Shown here: piece by piece, positions 20,218 to 27,264 of the stretch
Layout: each line of letters begins with the position of its first letter
Numbering within the stretch: the first letter of the stretch is position 1
Source of the DNA: Candidatus Ozemobacteraceae bacterium
GTDB lineage: Bacteria; Muiribacteriota; Ozemobacteria; Ozemobacterales; Ozemobacteraceae
Assembly: GCA_965140445.1 (NCBI GenBank)
Contig: OZ223236.1
Coordinates: forward strand, 4,064,001-4,128,000
Direction: 5' to 3'
DNA length: 64,000 nucleotides
Translations under genes and position numbers: made by a program
The notes under the pieces: model-generated
Told to the model about the DNA's origin: nothing
The model's input: only the letters and a program-made list of their open reading frames with translations
The model's database searches: none

Positions 20218-21891
20218 TTACTTAAGGAAAGTGCTGAGCTGATTTTCCAGATCGGCAATGTTATTCTGCAATTGCTCGGCAACTACCCCAAGTTCCTGGA
20301 ATTTATTGCTGATATTCGTCCAGGAATTCTCTATTTCCTCTTGTTCACTAGTCTTAAAACTAGTGCTTTGAGAAGCTCTCATTGTTTGATCATAAAGTCT
20401 TTGTGCAGACTCATACTGTCTTTTAACTGTGACAAAACTTCTCATAATTAGAAGCGAACTACGTAATCGCTTCTGCTTAACGTCATCAGTTGTTCCTGAA
20501 AGTGAGTTATATGCAAGAATTTCATTATTTAACAAAACAATATTATCTGAGAGCTTGTCATCAAACTCCTGCATTTCAACAAGCTTTGAAGAATCAACTT
20601 CGACGACTTCAACCTGCTTAAGAACTGAAGAAAGAACTGTTATCTGGTCATTTAGGCGTTTAAGTAAATTTCTCGCATTTGGATCATCTGGGTTAACCTC
20701 GATAATAGATTCTGTTTTGCTTACAAGTTCATTTAGCGTCTCAACTAGCTCAGTTCCCTTTTCATAAGCTTCAGAAAATTCTTCTTGCGATTTACCGTTT
20801 GGATTCGCCAAAACTCCATTTTTAATTCCATCTATCTCAGCAACAATTGAATTAAGCTCATTTTCAATTGCTGCGATGTCATTTAATGCATCTTCATCCA
20901 AAGATGACAGCTTAAATTTGAAGCTCATAATCTTGTTTGTTTCCGCTTCAAAACCAGCTCTTTTTGAAATAGTTTCATTAATTAATTTTGAATACCCGGC
21001 AATTTTTTGTCGGTCTGCCTCTGAAAGATTAGGGGTTGTTAGAGCATCGGCTACCTTCTTCTTCATTGAAGCAATTATCATGGTATCTTCTAGTAGGGCT
21101 CCCAGGAATCTGTCAGCATCTTTTTGAAGTTCCCAGGCAATGTCTTCTTCAACCGCCTGCAATTCAATTAACTTTTGAAAGTCATCTTTAAGTCTTGCAA
21201 ATTCTGTGGATTCTAACTCAATAATCTTTTGAAGATTTTCAGGAACTTCGTTCATCTGAATAGATTCGCCAAGCTTAGAAGTTGCGTCTTCCCAGAGCTT
21301 TTGTTCAGCCTGAACGTCAATTTCCTGCTTTTCGGTTTTTCCACCTGGTTTGATTACCAGTTCTTCACCCATATTTACTTGAATTATTTCGCGGGTTTCT
21401 CGGATTAAAACATCAGCAACACCACGAAGAACCTTAACTCTATTTTCTGTTTTATCTTCGGACTGAGAACAAGTTATGTTAGTTCCTTTGATACCTGCAA
21501 TAGCCTGGCTCATATCAACTTCCATAGAACCATCTTTAATCATTTTCTTCACATTCACCCAAACTTTACCAGTGATCAAAGTGATCTTATTTTCTTTTTC
21601 TGGTGGCGTAGAGAGAATAATCTCAGTTCTTGGTTTCATTACAAATGTGGTCATATCTGTAAGACTCAGAATTGCTGAGGAGTCATTTCCACCAGTTTTA
21701 ATGTGATCGTCAACGTTCAAAACGTCATCTAAACCGGCCATTTCCCATGCTTCATCGTCCAGATCAACTTTTGGACAAACCTGAACCTCTCCAGCCAGGT
21801 CAGAAAAACGGATACCAGAATCTTCGGCCCAAACCTCAGATCCAGCAAAACAAAGTAAAAATGCCAGAACGACAATAGCAAACTTTTTCAT
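20218..21891 (-). CDS. Secreted FecR-domain protein with long helical/coiled-coil C-terminus
   Basis: Signal peptide; LAGEVQV..., DHIKTGGNDSSAILSLTDMT, LITGKVW, AIAGIKGT, VKVLRGVADV. Confidence 0.75.
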   Translation of the reverse strand: MKKFAIVVLAFLLCFAGSEVWAEDSGIRFSDLAGEVQVCPKVDLDDEAWEMAGLDDVLNVDDHIKTGGNDSSAILSLTDMTTFVMKPRTEIILSTPPEKENKITLITGKVWVNVKKMIKDGSMEVDMSQAIAGIKGTNITCSQSEDKTENRVKVLRGVADVLIRETREIIQVNMGEELVIKPGGKTEKQEIDVQAEQKLWEDATSKLGESIQMNEVPENLQKIIELESTEFARLKDDFQKLIELQAVEEDIAWELQKDADRFLGALLEDTMIIASMKKKVADALTTPNLSEADRQKIAGYSKLINETISKRAGFEAETNKIMSFKFKLSSLDEDALNDIAAIENELNSIVAEIDGIKNGVLANPNGKSQEEFSEAYEKGTELVETLNELVSKTESIIEVNPDDPNARNLLKRLNDQITVLSSVLKQVEVVEVDSSKLVEMQEFDDKLSDNIVLLNNEILAYNSLSGTTDDVKQKRLRSSLLIMRSFVTVKRQYESAQRLYDQTMRASQSTSFKTSEQEEIENSWTNISNKFQELGVVAEQLQNNIADLENQLSTFLK

Positions 21892-22020
21892 TCGCGGGAA
21901 CTCCTCAAAAAAATCTTATCTCTTATCAGTCTTATGTACAAAGAGCTCAAAAAAAATATCACAAGGGTGTACATTAATCAAGTTACGTAGAAATGCCATG
22001 AAACTCGATTAAAAATGCGC

Positions 22021-22059
22021 AATAAAAAAGGCTGGCTCTATCAAATGAAGAGCCAGCCT
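22021..22059 (-). terminator. Intrinsic terminator after M23 gene
   Basis: AGGCTGGCTCT...AGAGCCAGCCT with T-run on the minus strand. Confidence 0.75.
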
Positions 22060-22071
22060 AAAAAATCTTTT

Positions 22072-24054
22072 TTAAAACTTTCTTTTTACTATCTTAACGT
22101 TCCCAGCATAATCAAAAACCTTCAAAACCAGTGTCCCGTTCTTTTTTCTTCGCAAAGGTTTTACAACATATACCGAAGCTTTATCTGGATCAGCGTAGAT
22201 CTCACAAGCAACATTATTATAGGTAGCTTGCGAGCCAAGGTAATTTACTCCCTCGCCCAGATCTGTTGCTTTGTAAACCCAACAAGCACCCAGGTGCTTC
22301 AATGTTTGTTGTGATGAATACCAAACTTTTGGAGCAACAGCATCTTCCAACACCACAAATTCACCAGAAGTCCTTGTGGAAGCCCAAAGCACTCCATCAA
22401 TAATCTCTTCCCCCATATGGGAATAACTTCCATTTTTGGCAACAGTATAAATCCCAAGCTTTTTAAGATTATTTCCTTTATAGTTTTCAGGTTTCAAACC
22501 AATTTTTATGGGCTTAAAGAAAACCTTTTCCTTGGGTAAAACGGCAAATACATCACTAAAAGGGGGCAAGAATCCTTTTTTCTTTGAACCTCCAGGTAGA
22601 GGTTTTTTTATAGTTTTTAAAAGCTTGTAAAAACCTGGTCCAGTTAAAGATTTTTTGGAAAACTTTGCATAAAATGAATCATTCAGGTTTAAATCAAACT
22701 TTTCTATATCTCCGTAATTCCAACCATTAAATAATGTTTTATTACCAAATGATAAACCTGTCACATAATCTTTATTGTAGGGAATCAAAATCTCAGCTTC
22801 ATTTCCTATCTTTAAAAAAGGAAGGATTACAGATTTTTTATCTAAATCCAGACAACAAATTGTAGCTCTTTCCTTCAAATCGGGTGATATTGATAAAATC
22901 TTACCTTTTACAAGCACTCCAGATTCGGTATGAGCAACAGAATGAACGTTGCCAAGTTTTAAATCATTTTCACTTATTGGCAAGGAAGAAGCATTTGCTT
23001 CTAACTGTTTTGTAAAGCTTATTTTACCCGCAGCGCTAATCTGGTTACCACCAAAATCAGTGGCAAGAATTTTCAAATCATAAATTCCCGGGGTTTCAGC
23101 ATTCAAAATACCATCTTTAGTTGAATATCCTTTTGAAAAGCTCAGAGTTTCAAGATTCCCTTTAAATAGATTTATGACATACCCGGTCCCACGCATATTT
23201 GACTTAAAATAATCGTAAACAAACGGACATTGATTGTTTTCTGAGTAACTATATTTATGAAATAGCCTTTCGAAAAGCTTTTTTTCATTCAGAAATAGCT
23301 CTATTTTTTCAATTCCATAGAAATTTCCAGCACCATTAGAATCCATTACTCCAACTTTAATTCTAGCCTTTCCGATAATATCAATTGTTTTATTCCAGAC
23401 GTATTTCGTTTTACCAATTTTCTTCAATTTAACGAAATAACTATTAAACGAATTTTCAACTTTAGACCCCATTTGAATAGGCTCAAAATAAAGATTATGA
23501 TATGTAGGTAAAATTTTATCTGCAGGTCTATATCCTAAAATTGCCGGAGCAATCGGCTCATCATTAAGTGTTCTTGTTTCAAAATGCAAATGTGGTGGTC
23601 CAGAACCAGATTCTCCAGAAAAAGCAACGATCTGACCTTTTTTTACAGGGAACTTCCATGGTTTAAAAAACTCGTTAATACCATGCCTTTTCCCCATTTT
23701 AGAAAGCTTCTTACCGCAATAAGACTTTAATGGTTCTGCAAAGTCTTCTAGATGACCGTATACTACTCTTGTTTTTAAACTCGGATGATCTATATAAAGT
23801 CCATAACCATACCCTCTGAATTGTATGCTTGCTCTTGAAATGTATCCATCTGCAATAGCATACACTGGAACTCCGCACCTTCTTTGAGTTCTCAGATCGA
23901 TACCAGCATGAAACCTAAGTCCTCTAAACTCGGCAAAGCTTGAGCTCTGTGAAATACCTATTTTAATTGGCCACTGCAGTGGTTTTTCAGATGCCACCAG
24001 GAAGCCTGGAGTGAATAGTTGAATTAGCAAAAGAAATGTAAATATTTTTTTCAT
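22072..24054 (-). CDS. M23 family metallopeptidase (secreted); start placed at ATG 24054
   Basis: FHAGIDLRT (HxxxD), VYGHL, GESGSGPPHLHFE (HxH); GGAGG RBS before MKKIFTFLLL signal peptide. Confidence 0.88.
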   Translation of the reverse strand: MKKIFTFLLLIQLFTPGFLVASEKPLQWPIKIGISQSSSFAEFRGLRFHAGIDLRTQRRCGVPVYAIADGYISRASIQFRGYGYGLYIDHPSLKTRVVYGHLEDFAEPLKSYCGKKLSKMGKRHGINEFFKPWKFPVKKGQIVAFSGESGSGPPHLHFETRTLNDEPIAPAILGYRPADKILPTYHNLYFEPIQMGSKVENSFNSYFVKLKKIGKTKYVWNKTIDIIGKARIKVGVMDSNGAGNFYGIEKIELFLNEKKLFERLFHKYSYSENNQCPFVYDYFKSNMRGTGYVINLFKGNLETLSFSKGYSTKDGILNAETPGIYDLKILATDFGGNQISAAGKISFTKQLEANASSLPISENDLKLGNVHSVAHTESGVLVKGKILSISPDLKERATICCLDLDKKSVILPFLKIGNEAEILIPYNKDYVTGLSFGNKTLFNGWNYGDIEKFDLNLNDSFYAKFSKKSLTGPGFYKLLKTIKKPLPGGSKKKGFLPPFSDVFAVLPKEKVFFKPIKIGLKPENYKGNNLKKLGIYTVAKNGSYSHMGEEIIDGVLWASTRTSGEFVVLEDAVAPKVWYSSQQTLKHLGACWVYKATDLGEGVNYLGSQATYNNVACEIYADPDKASVYVVKPLRRKKNGTLVLKVFDYAGNVKIVKRKF

Positions 24055-24136
24055 TATGCCTCCAGTTGGGTAGAGCATACCCCCATATTTCATGATGATC
24101 AATATCAAAGAGTTTAATTTTTTTCAAAAAAATCAC

Positions 24137-24164
24137 TAAGACTTAACTAATTAAAAGACGATAC
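24137..24164 (+). promoter_or_regulatory. Putative sigma-28 promoter of the fliK operon
   Basis: TAAG-N16-GACGATAC 46 nt upstream of fliK ATG. Confidence 0.45.
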
Positions 24165-24210
24165 AGATATTGGGTAAGTTTTAAATATTTAAAAGAAAGG
24201 AGGTGAAAAA

Positions 24211-26007
24211 ATGACAAATAGTTCTGTCTTAAATTTACTAAACCTATCCTCTACAGGTTTTAATCAAGAAACTGGAAAACTATCTAAATCCTCTGAAGGC
24301 TCTGGAAGCGACTCATTCTTGAGTTTGTTAACTCAGCAGCTAACCTTCTCTGCCGGGAACGGTTCATCTGCATTCAACTCCAAAACTTCCTCACTGGCGG
24401 CATTCTCACCGGGTAAAGTCAGCTCAGGAAATGAACTAAGACCTTCTTTCTCCAAATCAAACTTTGTAACAAAAAAAGACATTGGAAATTCTTCGGAACG
24501 CCGTGAAATTTCTGATTCTTTTGCTGAAAAAGCAAATAAACGCCTGGAGGAATCTACGCGCAACAAAGTTGATGACTCGAAAGAAGCAAATAGTGATTTA
24601 CAAATTGAGGAAACAGACGAAGAGAAAGAATCCATTGCACGAAAGAGCGCTGAGAAAATTTATGACGAGTTGATCACAGACCCTGATATAGCGAATTTTC
24701 TCCAAGGAATGGACAAAAATACAGCTCTTGATTTGATTCAGGCAATTCAGGCTGCTCCTGAAGCCGAGATCACCGAGATTCTGAATAACCCGGAAGCCAT
24801 CATGGAAGGGCTTACTGAACTCATGGAAGAAGCAACGAACATCGATGAAAGTGAAATGGCAGAAATTCTGGCATCAATTTCAAGCTCTGAATCTATGGCT
24901 TCTCTAGCCAACATGCTTGAAAAAAACAGGCCAGAAATCAACCATAAGCTATCTGATGAAAGTTCAAAAAAAGCATCAATTGAAGGGATTAATTCTGAAT
25001 CTCTAAAAACTGTAGAAGATACGGAAGCATCGGATACCAATTCAGATGAGTTAAAGACTGAAACTTCTGATAAAGATCAAATTCAGGAGAAAAAAGCAGA
25101 AACTCACAAAGAAAAAAGTTCTCAAGCAGAATCAAAGATTGAAGATCAAAAAGCAAACTCAGATAATGGCACCCTGAAGTATCGTTCAGAAACGAGCCAA
25201 AAAGAAAACTCCGCTTCTCTTGAAGGGGAAATTTCAGAACAGGTTCAAACTTCAAGCGAAACCGACCTGCCAGAAACCAAAGTTGCAGATTCTTTTCAAT
25301 CAGAATTAACTAACATGCTTATCTCAAGCGACACTACAGATGATTCTCTTAAAAAGAAACTTGTATCTGCAATGCTTCAAAAAGTTAACAACAGCAAAAA
25401 CATGGCAAATGGCGTAAGCGGCGAAGCAACTTATGGTCCAAAACCTATTTCCGGAAACAAATCTTCGTTCCTAAATCAAAATGGGAATCAGGGATTTGCG
25501 AATGGTGGAAATGCTAACGGGACAACTTCTTCCGCTGGATCAGCTGCAGAATCCAGATCAACAGGAAGCCTGGCAAATTCAGTTTTTGCTCAGTTAATGG
25601 AAAAAGCTGAACTTATTAAAGCTCCAGATGGAAAAAAAGTTCTAAATATTGAACTTGATCCAAAAGAATTAGGAAAAATGGAAATGGAGCTGACCTCCAA
25701 GGATGGAACCGTTTCGGCCCGAATTTCAGCTGAAAACTCCGATGTAAAGAGCCAATTAGACGAATTGCTTCCAAAGATTAAAGAGCAATTAAATGAGCAA
25801 GGAATAAATTTAGTTGAAATAACAGTGGATATTTCTTCCAAACATCCCGATGAAAAAAATAGGAATCAAATGTTTGAAGGAAAACATAAGTCTATTTCTG
25901 GTTCAAAAATCGGATCAAATAATGGAGAAGAATTAATTCGAAAGAATGTTCTACCCCATTTAAGGAGAAGAGCTTTAAACATTCAGGCAATAGATCTTAC
26001 GGTTTAG
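24211..26007 (+). CDS. fliK: Flagellar hook-length control protein
   Basis: Low-complexity N region; C-terminal LNIELDPKELGKMEMEL...LKEQLNEQGI; upstream of flgD. Confidence 0.88.
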   Translation: MTNSSVLNLLNLSSTGFNQETGKLSKSSEGSGSDSFLSLLTQQLTFSAGNGSSAFNSKTSSLAAFSPGKVSSGNELRPSFSKSNFVTKKDIGNSSERREISDSFAEKANKRLEESTRNKVDDSKEANSDLQIEETDEEKESIARKSAEKIYDELITDPDIANFLQGMDKNTALDLIQAIQAAPEAEITEILNNPEAIMEGLTELMEEATNIDESEMAEILASISSSESMASLANMLEKNRPEINHKLSDESSKKASIEGINSESLKTVEDTEASDTNSDELKTETSDKDQIQEKKAETHKEKSSQAESKIEDQKANSDNGTLKYRSETSQKENSASLEGEISEQVQTSSETDLPETKVADSFQSELTNMLISSDTTDDSLKKKLVSAMLQKVNNSKNMANGVSGEATYGPKPISGNKSSFLNQNGNQGFANGGNANGTTSSAGSAAESRSTGSLANSVFAQLMEKAELIKAPDGKKVLNIELDPKELGKMEMELTSKDGTVSARISAENSDVKSQLDELLPKIKEQLNEQGINLVEITVDISSKHPDEKNRNQMFEGKHKSISGSKIGSNNGEELIRKNVLPHLRRRALNIQAIDLTV

Positions 26008-26016
26008 GAGGCCAAA

Positions 26017-26508
26017 ATGGCAATTGAAACAGTCGATGTTGGAAATCCTGGAAAATATGAAACTACGACAAGAAAACCATCGTCTGAACTGGGAAAAAAT
26101 GACTTCCTTCTTCTGCTAACCGAGCAGTTGAAGAATCAGGATCCCATGAATCCTATGGATAATACTGAATATATCAGTCAGTTATCCACATTCAGTGAGT
26201 TGGAACAACTCCAAAACATGAACACTTCACTTGAATCGTTCACAAGCAGTTTCTCGTCAAACTACAAAGCCCAGGCGATGTCATTCCTTGGTGCAACAGT
26301 TACAGCTAAAGCTGAAGATATGCTTCAGCCAATTACTGGAATGGTAGAAACTGTAGGATTTGACAATGGAGAGCCATATCTAAAGGTTGGTGATTACGCA
26401 TTTACTCTTGATGAAATCCAGCTAGCAAGTCCAACTTACATAGATACAGGTTCAAACACGACCGACACTACTGACACGACCACAGAATCAACAGAAGACT
26501 CAGTATAA
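26017..26508 (+). CDS. flgD: Flagellar hook capping protein
   Basis: LGKNDFLLLLTEQLKNQDPMNPMDNTEYISQLSTFSELEQ. Confidence 0.95.
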   Translation: MAIETVDVGNPGKYETTTRKPSSELGKNDFLLLLTEQLKNQDPMNPMDNTEYISQLSTFSELEQLQNMNTSLESFTSSFSSNYKAQAMSFLGATVTAKAEDMLQPITGMVETVGFDNGEPYLKVGDYAFTLDEIQLASPTYIDTGSNTTDTTDTTTESTEDSV

Positions 26509-26530
26509 AATCTAAAATCCGAGGCAAACT

Positions 26531-26935
26531 ATGGACCCCAGGCTGATGGTTGGACCAAAAGTATCAACTTTGGGTGGAATTTCATTAAACAACTCGAGCT
26601 TAAAGACAAATCAGACAAAACAGGCAAACAACTTTAACTCTCTGTTTAATCAAGTCCTCCAAGGCACAACAAATGGTGACATTAAAATCAGCGCACATGC
26701 CCAGAAAAGGCTCTCAGAACGTAACATTACCATGGACAGCAAACTTGAAAATTCTCTAAAAACTGCAGTTGAGGAATTGGAATCTAAAGGTGCCAAAGAC
26801 TCTCTTGTAATTACGAAAGAAGGGGCTTTCCTTGTAAATGTGCCGAACAAAACACTGGTAACCGCAATGGGACATGAAGAAATGCGAGATGGAATAGTCA
26901 CCAATATAGACAGCGTGAGTATGAAGTATCAATAA
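26531..26935 (+). CDS. TIGR02530 family flagellar operon protein
   Basis: ISAHAQKRLSERNI, KGAKDSLV, LVNVPNKTLVTAM, IVTNIDS; position between flgD and flgE. Confidence 0.85.
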   Translation: MDPRLMVGPKVSTLGGISLNNSSLKTNQTKQANNFNSLFNQVLQGTTNGDIKISAHAQKRLSERNITMDSKLENSLKTAVEELESKGAKDSLVITKEGAFLVNVPNKTLVTAMGHEEMRDGIVTNIDSVSMKYQ

Positions 26936-27033
26936 GGAGATAAGGCAAGCAAGTTAAAGAAACAGATAAACATTTGTAAGGAAGCAAACAAACTGGGAAC
27001 GCAAAGATAAAAAAACAAACAAATCCAGAACAA

Positions 27034-27241
27034 TGGCCGGACCCTTCCCAGGGAAGCCAATAAAAAGAGGCCTGATTGACAGAAGGCCGATTATCAATCT
27101 TTGCCAACCCCAAGCAGGTTGGCCGGAAAGAGAGAGTCACATGAGGTGCCCAAACTCTCTTCCGGTTGGCTGCTCTTCTAAGATGAAGAGCTACCGAAAG
27201 CATGAAGGAACATAACTTTCGGCCTAACGGCTATATAGCCG
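27034..27241 (+). ncRNA. Candidate structured cis-regulatory RNA leader of flgE
   Basis: At least six adjacent hairpins in ~210 nt of GC-richer intergenic DNA, including mutually exclusive pairings. Confidence 0.5.
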
Positions 27242-27264
27242 CTATATATAAAGGATAATGTGAT

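Noticed and set aside
24055..24108. Longer ORF-track start for the M23 gene
   Set aside because: GGAGG RBS and signal peptide fit ATG 24054 better
26980..27010. GCAAAC...ACGCAAAG resembling a c-di-GMP-I riboswitch
   Set aside because: No P2 stem with GAAA tetraloop between the two elements and no convincing P1 or P3; surroundings are A-rich and unstructured
27033..27215. 60-aa ORF upstream of flgE as a leader peptide
   Set aside because: No RBS and no protein-like features; better explained as structured RNA, though translation is not strictly excluded
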